A stretch of DNA of 64,000 nucleotides, taken from Gemmatimonadales bacterium (GTDB taxonomy: Bacteria; Gemmatimonadota; Gemmatimonadetes; Gemmatimonadales; GWC2-71-9). Below are positions 44,079 to 52,400 of the stretch, one piece after another. The stretch spans positions 3,783 through 67,782 of the forward strand of contig DASTFH010000151.1 of NCBI GenBank assembly GCA_035708725.1. Reading direction: 5' to 3'. The position numbers and the translations under genes were made by a program. The notes under the pieces were generated by a model, which did not search any database, was not told the DNA's origin, and saw only the letters and a program-made list of their open reading frames with translations. The number at the start of each line of letters is the position of its first letter. The stretch's first letter is position 1.

Positions 44079-45602
44079 TCACTGGCGACGCAGCGCCCGC
44101 TCTATCCCGGCAATCGCCTTCCGCACACTATCCGCGCCACTGTCCTTCCCGGTCCAGCCCGCGTCCACATCGGGCGTGATCCCCGCCGCCTCGTTGGTGC
44201 CATCCATGCGAAGGCGCTGGCAATCGGGTGCCCGCACCAGCAGGCCCAGGGCGCGCAGCTTGAGCGACGTGCCGCCATTGCTGTAGCCGCAGCCGGCGCC
44301 ATAGCTCCGGCTCCCGACAATCGTCGCGGCGTTGTTGTCCCGCAGCCGAGCGGCGAATTCCTCGGACGCCGAAGCGGAGCGATGATCCTGCAGGATCAGG
44401 AGCGGCCCGGTGTAGATCCCTTCCGTGGCACCATGCCATGATGCGGGCCAGATTACCCAGCCGTTCTCCAGGCCGTCCAGTGTGCCGGGTGGCAGGTAGC
44501 TGGCGAGCGGGGGCGCCAGCACGACGCTCGAACACGCAGGTTGACGACCTTCCCACACCATGTCGCGATCACACGCTTGCTGAGCCTCGGCGCGGAGCGA
44601 ATCGAGCCGAGCTTCGGCCTGCGCGATCAGGACGCGCTGGGAAGGTGTGGCGCGCGCGCGGTCGCTCGCGATGGCGTCGCGCATTTCGCCCAGGTAGTTC
44701 ACGTGCAACGCGTGGCGAATGAAGCCTCCGGACGCCAGATGCAGCGGCGTCGCGGTGAGCGCCCGCGCCATGGCATCGGCCATTTCGGAACCGCCGCCAT
44801 TCCCGGTGATGTCCACGACCACGGCATCGGCCCCGCGCCGCTGGAGGTCGCGCGCCAGATGGGCTGCGCGCTCACCAGCCTCCCGCATCACGGCCGCCTC
44901 CAGGCGGGATACGCAGTCGCCTGTGCAGGGCACGGGCAACGAGGTGCGATACGCCGCCCACGCCCGCTCGCAGCTTGGCCCGAAGTGCTCGTGCCCGAAG
45001 TTGGCCACACGCAGGATGCCAACCTTGCCGCCATCTGGCAGCGGAACGATCACCGCGGGAAATTCTGCGTCAGGCATCAGCTCAGCGCCGGCCGCATCGG
45101 GGAAGGGGAGCGACCAACCATCCGGGCGCGCATCGATGTCGAGGCCGACAGCGCTGCATGCCTCGGCGGCCGACATGTCGCGCCCCAGAGCGGGAGCCAC
45201 CGGAGTCGCCACGTCGGATGCTGCGATGCCGGCGCCTGACGATGCAGGTGCGGGTCCTGATCCTCGAATCCCTTGCCACCAGATCGCGGGCCGTACCCAC
45301 GCCCGCGTGTGGCCATCATCGAACCGGCGAACAAAGCTGCGAACCGTCCACGCCGCACTGAGCGATGTCCAGGAGTGCGCCACCCGCTCGCGAGTGGTTG
45401 AGTCCAGGGTGGGCAAGTCGATTTTTCTCCTGGCCACGACCCAGTCGAAGTTGGCATCGGCTGAGGCGAGATAATGCCTGGTGCTGTCATACTCGGCGAG
45501 CCACTGGCGGACGCGGGCAGGGGTGCGCAGGGTCAGCGCGGTGACCGCCAGCATGAGCACCAGCCCGAGGCCCAGGGTCAGTCGCAATAGTGATCGTAGC
45601 AT
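44079..45602 (-). CDS. S41 family peptidase (C-terminal processing protease-like)
   Basis: The ATG at 45602 gives a signal anchor. VVVDITGNGGGS and LLILQDHRSASASEEFA match the S41 Ser/Lys regions. Confidence 0.7.
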   Translation of the reverse strand: MLRSLLRLTLGLGLVLMLAVTALTLRTPARVRQWLAEYDSTRHYLASADANFDWVVARRKIDLPTLDSTTRERVAHSWTSLSAAWTVRSFVRRFDDGHTRAWVRPAIWWQGIRGSGPAPASSGAGIAASDVATPVAPALGRDMSAAEACSAVGLDIDARPDGWSLPFPDAAGAELMPDAEFPAVIVPLPDGGKVGILRVANFGHEHFGPSCERAWAAYRTSLPVPCTGDCVSRLEAAVMREAGERAAHLARDLQRRGADAVVVDITGNGGGSEMADAMARALTATPLHLASGGFIRHALHVNYLGEMRDAIASDRARATPSQRVLIAQAEARLDSLRAEAQQACDRDMVWEGRQPACSSVVLAPPLASYLPPGTLDGLENGWVIWPASWHGATEGIYTGPLLILQDHRSASASEEFAARLRDNNAATIVGSRSYGAGCGYSNGGTSLKLRALGLLVRAPDCQRLRMDGTNEAAGITPDVDAGWTGKDSGADSVRKAIAGIERALRRQ

Positions 45603-45762
45603 CGTGCTTTCTCCCGTTATGCCGTGACCGCAACGTGGCGGGCAGTACGGGGTTGAGCCCATGGAGGTTTCATGATGCTACGTCAGATGGGGAAGTCTTG
45701 TTCGGACAGCAACTTGGGAGCGGCTTTGCGGCGGTCGGTTCCGGCGCTATTCTTCTCCCTCC

Positions 45763-45834
<72 letters not shown>

Positions 45835-45836
45835 CT

Positions 45837-45940
45837 GGACAGGACGGGCAGGGCGAGCGGGACAGCCGGGCGGGCAGGTTATGCTGTGACCCGCGACCAC
45901 CTGCTCGCCCTGCTCGCCTTGTCTTCCCGCTCGCCTTGCT
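45837..45940. repeat. Hairpin array of 9-mers downstream of tRNA-Cys
   Basis: G-rich left arm GGACAGGAC GGGCAGGGC GAGCGGGAC..., 22-nt loop, then right arm (CTGCTCGCC)2 TTGTCTTCC CGCTCGCC. The stop of the convergent gene (45939) lies inside. Confidence 0.8.
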
Positions 45941-46985
45941 ACGTTGTCTCCCTCCCTCGCACCACCAGGCGCCCGATCGTATTGCGATCGGTCCCGAACC
46001 AGATGGCGCCGGTGCGGGCATCGTACGTCATGTGCCGGATGGTGTTGGGCACCTCGCCGCCGCCCACTTCGACGATATCGGTGAACGTGCCCCGTGCCGG
46101 ATCGAAGGCCACGAGCCGATTGGGCCTGAGCCCCGTCTCCGCGACCCAGATCCGTCCCTGGCCGTCGAGCGCCATGCCATAAGGCAGCGACATGGCTCCG
46201 CCGGGCAGGGCGTACTCCTTCGTGTCACCCGTCTTCGGATCCAGCCGGCCCAGATACCCGCGCGAATAGTCGCCATACCAGATCATGCCGTCATGCGTGA
46301 TGGCGATGCGCCGGGGACGGGTCCGCTCGTTCGGCAGCGCGAAGGTTTTCACTTCCATGACCTTCGGATCGATCATCCCCAGCTTGTTGGTGCCGAAGAG
46401 GTCGAACCACACCCTCCCGTCGGGCGCGACCGTGATGCCATAGGGCCGGCTACCGCGCTCCAGGTGCCAGAGACGGATGGCCCCGGTCTTCATGTCGATA
46501 TGTCCCACGGCGTTCGACTGCTGGGCGGTGAACCATGCATTGCCGGCAGCATCGAATGTCATGGTGTGGGGATCCTGCACCGCTGAATCGGGCATCATGT
46601 AGTTGGTGAGCTTGCCCGTCGCGGGATCGAGCCGAACCACTCGCCCGTTCCGGTTGCCGGTAAACCAGACCTCCCCCTTCGGGCTCACCACCAGGTTGTG
46701 CGGATGGGTGCCCTCTTCCACTTCATAGCGCTTGAACTGGCCGGTGGCAGGATCGAGATAGGCCACGTAATTGCCGGCCTGGCCCACGAACCAGACCCGC
46801 CCCTGTGCGTCGGCAAAGGGATCGCGGGGACGGCTCCGCTCCCACGGCACCGTCCACTCGGTGAGCAGGGAATCCGGGTCCGCAGATTTCACGGATTGAT
46901 CGACAGATGCCGCGGATGGGGTCGAGGCCAGTGCGGCTGACGATGCCAGGGCAGTTACAAGAGTAGGCAGCAAGAGCGTGAGCAT
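45939..46985 (-). CDS. Secreted beta-propeller protein, Vgb (streptogramin lyase)-like repeats
   Basis: Signal peptide and repeated PYGITVAPDGRVWF / PHTMTFDAAGNAWFT-type blades. Confidence 0.65.
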   Translation of the reverse strand: MLTLLLPTLVTALASSAALASTPSAASVDQSVKSADPDSLLTEWTVPWERSRPRDPFADAQGRVWFVGQAGNYVAYLDPATGQFKRYEVEEGTHPHNLVVSPKGEVWFTGNRNGRVVRLDPATGKLTNYMMPDSAVQDPHTMTFDAAGNAWFTAQQSNAVGHIDMKTGAIRLWHLERGSRPYGITVAPDGRVWFDLFGTNKLGMIDPKVMEVKTFALPNERTRPRRIAITHDGMIWYGDYSRGYLGRLDPKTGDTKEYALPGGAMSLPYGMALDGQGRIWVAETGLRPNRLVAFDPARGTFTDIVEVGGGEVPNTIRHMTYDARTGAIWFGTDRNTIGRLVVRGRETT

Positions 46986-47036
46986 CGGTACCTCTCAGCG
47001 CAGTTTCGTGAGATCTACCTCCATCCAAGTCTATCC

Positions 47037-47117
47037 CAGGGCGAGCAGGGCGAGCAAGACGAGCAGGAGGTCTACTTGCTCGCCTTGCTCGCCCTGTCGT
47101 CCTGTCCGTCCTGTCGC
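47037..47117. repeat. Hairpin array of 9-mers
   Basis: (CAGGGCGAG)2 CAAGACGAG CAGGAGG, loop, (CTTGCTCGC)2 CCTGTCGTC CTGTCCGTC CTGTCGC. The stop at 47072 sits at the loop. Confidence 0.85.
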
Positions 47118-47734
47118 AGGATTTCCAGCACCCGCCGCTCCTGATTGAACGTCAGCACGATCACCTCGCGCGGGGCAATGTCCAGCACGGTGTCGAGCAC
47201 CAGCCGAGGCGGGATCGCCGCCTTCCCCCGCCGGGCACGTTCCACCGCCTCGCGCTGGGCCCGGCCGGCGGAGATGCCGCTGTCCGCGCTGGTACGCCGC
47301 TCGGAGTCATCGTCGTCTCCGTCATGCTTCGTCTCGGAGCGCTCACGGCGGGTGAATTCCACCCGCACGCGCCGCCGTCCGGCGGGGACGTCAAAGCTGC
47401 GGAGCAGGTACATAGGCCGGTCGTGGCGCATGCCCGCGCCGCGCACAATGGCGGTGTCCGCCGCCTGCCCGTCGAGCGCCACCACCAGCGCGTAGCTGGC
47501 AAAGTGTCCCTCGCATTCGACCCGCTGGCGCATGTGTTCCTCGCGTTCCGCCAGCTCCTTGGCGGACACCTCCCGGCATCGTTCGATCCGCTCGGGGCGG
47601 GCGCTCCACGAGAGCCGAAGCCGTCCGCCTTCCTCCGCATGGAACGGAACCGGCGCAGACGACCCGGCCGCGATCAGGGCCATGGCCACAGCGCTCGCAG
47701 CTACTGCCAGCGCGCCGCGCGCTATCCCGCTCAT
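47072..47734 (-). CDS. Hypothetical protein with N-terminal anchor, translationally coupled to the cytochrome b fusion
   Basis: An ATGA overlap sits at 47731-47734 and the composition is coding-like. No motif was recognised, and the C-terminal tail is read from the repeat arm. Confidence 0.45.
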   Translation of the reverse strand: MSGIARGALAVAASAVAMALIAAGSSAPVPFHAEEGGRLRLSWSARPERIERCREVSAKELAEREEHMRQRVECEGHFASYALVVALDGQAADTAIVRGAGMRHDRPMYLLRSFDVPAGRRRVRVEFTRRERSETKHDGDDDDSERRTSADSGISAGRAQREAVERARRGKAAIPPRLVLDTVLDIAPREVIVLTFNQERRVLEILRQDGQDDRASKASK

Positions 47735-49296
47735 GTACCCTCGGCCTCGAGCGGCACCGGTTCACATTCGGTGTCCAGCTCCAATAGGGACTCGCTATCG
47801 GCTATGTCGAGCGAAGCGAGCGAGCCAGCAAATGCGTCATATGCGGCGAGTGCCGCGCCGAGCGCGCCGGGGGCACAGGTGATGACCGTGATTCGCCGGC
47901 GATCGACCCGGGCCTGCAACTCGGCCTCACGATCATTGAACAGGCGTTCGCCCAGCCATTTCGGGCCCTCCCGGCTCACACAATCCCGCGGCGGGCAGGC
48001 GCAGACCACCACACCACGCGCGCCGCTCCGCACGAATAGCTCGACCACTGATGTGTGCAGGTTGCCGGCGCAGCTCACCTGCTGGATCAAAGCGCCACGC
48101 TCGCTGAGTGCTGCGACGTGGGACGGCGGCACCTGTGAGCAGCAAATGGCGATGACCTGCCCCGCCGCGCTTCCAGCGGCAGGCCCGGCCAGTTCAGCCC
48201 GGGCCGCGGCCAGCTGGTCTCGTCCCGTCCTGCCGGCTGGTCCTATGCCCATCGGTGCGCATGACCCGGCACAGATGCCACAGCTGACGCACCGCGCCGG
48301 ATCGACATGGGCCACCAGGGTGGGCCGGTCGTCATCACGCTTGATCATGGTGATGGCGTCCCACGGACAATCCTGCGGGCACTGATTGCAGCCGGTGCAG
48401 AGCCGCGGGTCTACGACACTGGGCGCCCAGCGCCCCTCCCGGGGGCGACGAGTCCACTTCGGGATCATCACCAGGGCCAGCATTCCCACGAGGCCGATTC
48501 CCCACGTCTCTCCTGGTGAAAGCCGCTCGGCCAGCGGCAGCCACCACGCCACGAACAGGTCAGTTGGGGTGTGCGACGCCAGCACGAAGGGATTGGCGGC
48601 AGGTCCCAGCTCGGCAGGCAGCAGCACGGCGGTGAGGACGAGCGCACCAACGATGCTCCAGGTCACCCGCTTCGGCGGCATCAGGGTGGGGCGGGCCAGC
48701 CGGGAGACGTGCAGCCAGAGCATCGCGCCCATCGCCAGCGGCAGCGCGATGTGCATGAACATGTTCACGAAGAAGAACGCGCTCGGGACCGGACCATCGC
48801 CGGCGAAGATCCGGCCAAGCGGTTCCGAGAGGATCGGCAGCGCATCGAGAAGGCGTGCACCGTTGAGTGCCAGCCGCTCGCCGAAGCTGTCCCATGCCAT
48901 GACGAAACCGGTCCAGGCACAGGCGAATCCCACACCGAGCAGCAGCAGCCCTGAGATCCAGGCGAGCGTGCGCGAGCCCCAGCTCCGCGACTGCGCAAAC
49001 ATGCGGATCAGGTGCAGGACGGCGGCGATGACGAACAGGTCGGAGGCATAGCGGTGGAAGCTGCGGATCCAGCTGCCGAGCCAGGGGTCTGCGGCCATCC
49101 GGGCCACGGAAGCCGAGGGTGCACCAAGCCGGTAGAACAGAATGAGATAGACCCCGGATGCGATCAGGGCGACCAGCATCGCGACCGCGATGGTGCCGCT
49201 CTGGTGCAAGGGATTCCAAGGCCAGCCATAGAGCTTGGTGGCCGCGGCGTCGAGGACGCCGAGCAGGCGGCGGAACCCGCGTTGGAGGGGTGGCAT
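47731..49296 (-). CDS. Fusion: di-heme cytochrome b + 2x[4Fe-4S] ferredoxin + MvhD/FlpD-like Fe-S domain
   Basis: Two H-x13-H pairs sit in TM helices (FHRYASDLFVIAAVLH, MHIALPLAMGAMLWLH). The ferredoxin motifs are CTGCNQCPQDCP and CVSCGICAGSCAP. The C-terminal SCAGN...GVVVCACPPRDCVSREG resembles the hydrogenase delta-subunit fold. Confidence 0.7.
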   Translation of the reverse strand: MPPLQRGFRRLLGVLDAAATKLYGWPWNPLHQSGTIAVAMLVALIASGVYLILFYRLGAPSASVARMAADPWLGSWIRSFHRYASDLFVIAAVLHLIRMFAQSRSWGSRTLAWISGLLLLGVGFACAWTGFVMAWDSFGERLALNGARLLDALPILSEPLGRIFAGDGPVPSAFFFVNMFMHIALPLAMGAMLWLHVSRLARPTLMPPKRVTWSIVGALVLTAVLLPAELGPAANPFVLASHTPTDLFVAWWLPLAERLSPGETWGIGLVGMLALVMIPKWTRRPREGRWAPSVVDPRLCTGCNQCPQDCPWDAITMIKRDDDRPTLVAHVDPARCVSCGICAGSCAPMGIGPAGRTGRDQLAAARAELAGPAAGSAAGQVIAICCSQVPPSHVAALSERGALIQQVSCAGNLHTSVVELFVRSGARGVVVCACPPRDCVSREGPKWLGERLFNDREAELQARVDRRRITVITCAPGALGAALAAYDAFAGSLASLDIADSESLLELDTECEPVPLEAEGT

Positions 49297-49319
49297 GGGA
49301 TCGGGGCTTGCGCAAATTT

Positions 49320-49353
49320 ATCATACTGATATGATGTTTGACAACCCTTGTCA
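49320..49353. promoter_or_regulatory. Two palindromes in the divergent promoter region (candidate Rrf2 operator)
   Basis: ATCATA-ctga-TATGAT (49320-49335) and TGACAA-ccc-TTGTCA (49339-49353), in the only AT-rich patch of the 74-nt spacer. Confidence 0.4.
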
Positions 49354-49370
49354 GGCGGGTACCCGCTTCC

Positions 49371-49856
49371 ATGTGGCTTTCCAGCACCGCCCAGCAGGCG
49401 CTGCACGCCGTGCTGTGTATCGCCGGCAGCGGCGCTGATCGCCCTGTCCGCGTAGACGCGATCGCGGCCGTCATCGGCTGCCCGCGCAACTACCTCTCCA
49501 AGACCTTGCATGTGCTCACCCGGGCCGGGGTCCTTCGCTCCCGGCGCGGGCCTGCTGGCGGATTTCTGCTGGCGGTCCCGCCCAGCCAGCTGACGCTGGC
49601 CCAGGTCATCGCGCCCTTCGAGCCGGCCAGCGAGCGGCGATGCCTCCTGGGACGACCCACCTGTGGCGACGCCGATGCCTGTGCGGCGCACGAGCGCTGG
49701 GCCTGCATCGCCCGGCGCGCCGAAGAGTTTTTCCAGGCCACAACCATCGCGCACCTGCTGAGGGACTGGCCCCGCGCCGGATCCACGGCCCGCGCGCGCC
49801 TCACGTCCCTTCGCGGTCCCCAGACCAGGAGAGCACATGGACCAGTCCGTCGCTGA
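49371..49856 (+). CDS. Rrf2 family (IscR/NsrR-like) transcriptional regulator
   Basis: MWLSSTAQQALHAVLCIA..., wHTH YLSKTLHVLTRAGVLRSRRGPAGGFLL, cluster ligands C-x6-C-x5-C-x2-H (CLLGRPTCGDADACAAH). Confidence 0.8.
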   Translation: MWLSSTAQQALHAVLCIAGSGADRPVRVDAIAAVIGCPRNYLSKTLHVLTRAGVLRSRRGPAGGFLLAVPPSQLTLAQVIAPFEPASERRCLLGRPTCGDADACAAHERWACIARRAEEFFQATTIAHLLRDWPRAGSTARARLTSLRGPQTRRAHGPVRR

Positions 49857-50010
49857 ACCCGACGACCCGGTGACAGAAGTCCCGCTGGGCCAGCGCCTGT
49901 ATGACAACATGTACCTGCTGCTCGTCCTCGGCGTGCTCGTGATGCTCATCGTCTTCACGGCGTGGGGCGTGTGGGAAGTGCTCTCGATGCCGGTTGACCC
50001 CTTACCGTAG
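49837..50010 (+). CDS. 57-aa single-TM protein not in the ORF track (possible small oxidase subunit)
   Basis: An SD AGGAGAG lies at 49827-49833 and the ATG is at 49837. The peptide is MDQSVAEPDDPVTEVPLGQRLYDNMYLLLVLGVLVMLIVFTAWGVWEVLSMPVDPLP, with a TAG stop at 50008-50010. It lies directly 5' of subunit II. Confidence 0.45.
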   Translation: MDQSVAEPDDPVTEVPLGQRLYDNMYLLLVLGVLVMLIVFTAWGVWEVLSMPVDPLP

Positions 50011-50019
50011 GAGCGCGGG

Positions 50020-50625
50020 ATGCTGACCAGGATGCATACGGGGCTGGACCCGGCGCCGGGGGTGTGGTGGAAGCCGGCACACAAGGCCGAGAAGGTGTGG
50101 GTGTCGATCGCCTTCGTCTGGTGCATCATCCTGTTCGCGATGATGCCCCTCTGGCACTGGAAGGGCGGGCAGAATCCGTCCGGGATACGGACTCGCGTGG
50201 ATCCCCAGGCCTATTACAAGCGCACCGTGGCCTTTGCCAAGCAGTACGGCGTGGGTGACGACCGCGGGCTCCCCATCGTCGCGCCGCCGCCGGGCGCCGA
50301 TGTGTACCTCATGGCGCTCACCTTTCAGTGGTACCCGATCCTCCAGCTGGAGCAGGGCAAGGAGTACACCCTGCACATGTCCGCCCTGGACGTGAACCAC
50401 GGATTTTCGCTCTATCCGCTCAACATCAATTTCGCGGTGGTGCCGTCCTTCGATTACGCGCTCAAGGTGACCCCCACGGTGGCTGGTGATTTCCGGATCA
50501 TCTGCAACGAGTTCTGCGGGATCGGCCACCATACCATGGTGGGTCGCGTGATCGTGGTGGACTCCACTGGCGCTCCGGTCGCCGACAACCGCTCGGCGCG
50601 GATCGAGCACGGAGGTGGACTATGA
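50020..50625 (+). CDS. Heme-copper oxidase subunit II with CuA centre
   Basis: SD GGAG 7 nt upstream, one TM helix, and a cupredoxin with DVNHGFS ... CNEFCGIGHHTM (the H, C-x-E-x-C-x3-H-x2-M CuA pattern). Confidence 0.8.
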   Translation: MLTRMHTGLDPAPGVWWKPAHKAEKVWVSIAFVWCIILFAMMPLWHWKGGQNPSGIRTRVDPQAYYKRTVAFAKQYGVGDDRGLPIVAPPPGADVYLMALTFQWYPILQLEQGKEYTLHMSALDVNHGFSLYPLNINFAVVPSFDYALKVTPTVAGDFRIICNEFCGIGHHTMVGRVIVVDSTGAPVADNRSARIEHGGGL

Positions 50626-52400
50626 CCGCCGCGGCTACGCCCATGCCCGCCGGCTTCACACCGGCCTCGGCCCGCGCCTCGCGCACCTGTCCCGTCACCG
50701 GCCGTCGCATTGACCTCGGCGCGGAACGGCTGATCAAGTGGAACGCGGTGGTGTCGGTGGTTGCGCTGCTGGTCGGCGCGACAGCCGCCCTGCTGCTGGC
50801 GCTGACGCGCTGGCAGGCCGTGCACCTGCTGCCGGCCGTGTGGTACTACCGGATCCTCGGTGTCCACGGCATGAACATGCTGATCTTCTTCATCATCTTC
50901 TTCGAGATGGCGGTGCTCTGGTTCGCCGGGACCGTATTGCTCAACGCCCGCCCGGCCGCTCCCCGCCTTGGCTGGTTCAATTTCGGGCTGATGCTCGCTG
51001 GCGCGCTCCTGGTGGAAGCCATGCAGTGGAGCGGCCGGGCGGACGTGCTGTACACGTCGTATCCGCCGCTCAAGGCACACCCACTCTTCTACCTCGGTGT
51101 CATTCTCTTCGCGGTGGGCGCCCTCGCGGTGGTGGGCCAGTTCTTTGCCACGCTCACCATCGCGAAGCGGGAGAAGACCTACACTGGCTCGATGCCACTG
51201 GTGGTGTACGGCGCCATGACCGCGGCGATCATCGCCGTGATCACGCTGCTGCATGGGGCCATGATCTACGTGCCCACGTTCCTCTGGTCGGTGGGGATCA
51301 TTGACACCGTCAATCCGCAGCTTTACCGCCTGCTCTGGTGGGCGCTGGGCCATTCGGCCCAGCAGATCAATGTCGCCGCCATGGTGGCCGTGTGGTACAT
51401 GCTTGGGGCGCTCACCGTGGGCGCGGCGGTGCTCAACGAAAAGGTGAGCCGCTCCGCCTTCGTGCTCTACATCCTGTTCATCTCCATGGCGTCGGCCCAT
51501 CACCTCCTCGTGGACCCGGGTTTTGGCTCGGCCTGGAAGATTGTCAATACTTCCTACTTCATGTACATGGCCGTGCTCGCGTCCATGGTGCATGGCTTCA
51601 CCGTGCCCGCCGGCATGGAGCTCGGCATGCGCGTGCGGGGTTACACCCACGGCCTCTTCGAGTGGCTCCGGAAGGCGCCCTGGGGCGATCCCGGATTCTC
51701 CTCGCTGGTGCTGTCGGTGGTGGTTTTCGGCTTCTTCGGCGGGATCACCGGCGTCACCATCGGCACCGAGCAGATCAACATCATTGCCCACAATACCCTC
51801 CGCATCCCGGGGCACTTTCACGCCACCGTGGTAAGCGGAACGGCGCTCGCCTTCATGGGCGTCACCTACTACCTGCTGCCACTGATCTTCCAGCGCAAGG
51901 TCGCTTTCTGGAGGCTGGCGAAGATCCAGCCGTACCTCTTCGCGGGCGGGATGCTGCTGGTGGAATTCGGGATGACCTTTGCCGGCAGCTTCGGCGTGCC
52001 CCGGCGGCACTGGGACATCTCGTTCTCGCAAGCTCCGTTCGATGTGCCCTTCAACCCGATCGTGGACCTGTTCCTGGCCATGATCGGCATCGGCGGCATC
52101 CTCGCGGTGACGGGAGCGTACTCCTTCATCCTGATCGCGGTGAAGTCCGTCTTCCTCGGCGAGCGCGTCACCGAGTTCCCGCGCGGTGTCGCCGTGGCGG
52201 GACTGCCGCAGGGGCTCACCAATCCGCCGACCTATCCGGCGGACGCCGATGCAATCAATGAGCAGCTCCACTCGCCGGGTCGCGGCTGGATGGGGCCGAC
52301 CCCGGGGACGCTGGTGCTGGTCGCCGTCTTCTTCCTCGCGTTCGTGCTGTACTACTTCACCAACTGGAAGCTGCTGAGCTTCCTGTGGAAGATCGGCTAA
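50622..52400 (+). CDS. Heme-copper oxidase superfamily subunit I, non-canonical active site
   Basis: All six His ligands are present: GVHGMN (helix II), ALGHSAQQ (helix VI), SAHHLLV (helix VII), GHFHATV (helix X). The residue at His+4 in helix VI is Gln, not Tyr or Glu. Confidence 0.85.
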   Translation: MTAAATPMPAGFTPASARASRTCPVTGRRIDLGAERLIKWNAVVSVVALLVGATAALLLALTRWQAVHLLPAVWYYRILGVHGMNMLIFFIIFFEMAVLWFAGTVLLNARPAAPRLGWFNFGLMLAGALLVEAMQWSGRADVLYTSYPPLKAHPLFYLGVILFAVGALAVVGQFFATLTIAKREKTYTGSMPLVVYGAMTAAIIAVITLLHGAMIYVPTFLWSVGIIDTVNPQLYRLLWWALGHSAQQINVAAMVAVWYMLGALTVGAAVLNEKVSRSAFVLYILFISMASAHHLLVDPGFGSAWKIVNTSYFMYMAVLASMVHGFTVPAGMELGMRVRGYTHGLFEWLRKAPWGDPGFSSLVLSVVVFGFFGGITGVTIGTEQINIIAHNTLRIPGHFHATVVSGTALAFMGVTYYLLPLIFQRKVAFWRLAKIQPYLFAGGMLLVEFGMTFAGSFGVPRRHWDISFSQAPFDVPFNPIVDLFLAMIGIGGILAVTGAYSFILIAVKSVFLGERVTEFPRGVAVAGLPQGLTNPPTYPADADAINEQLHSPGRGWMGPTPGTLVLVAVFFLAFVLYYFTNWKLLSFLWKIG

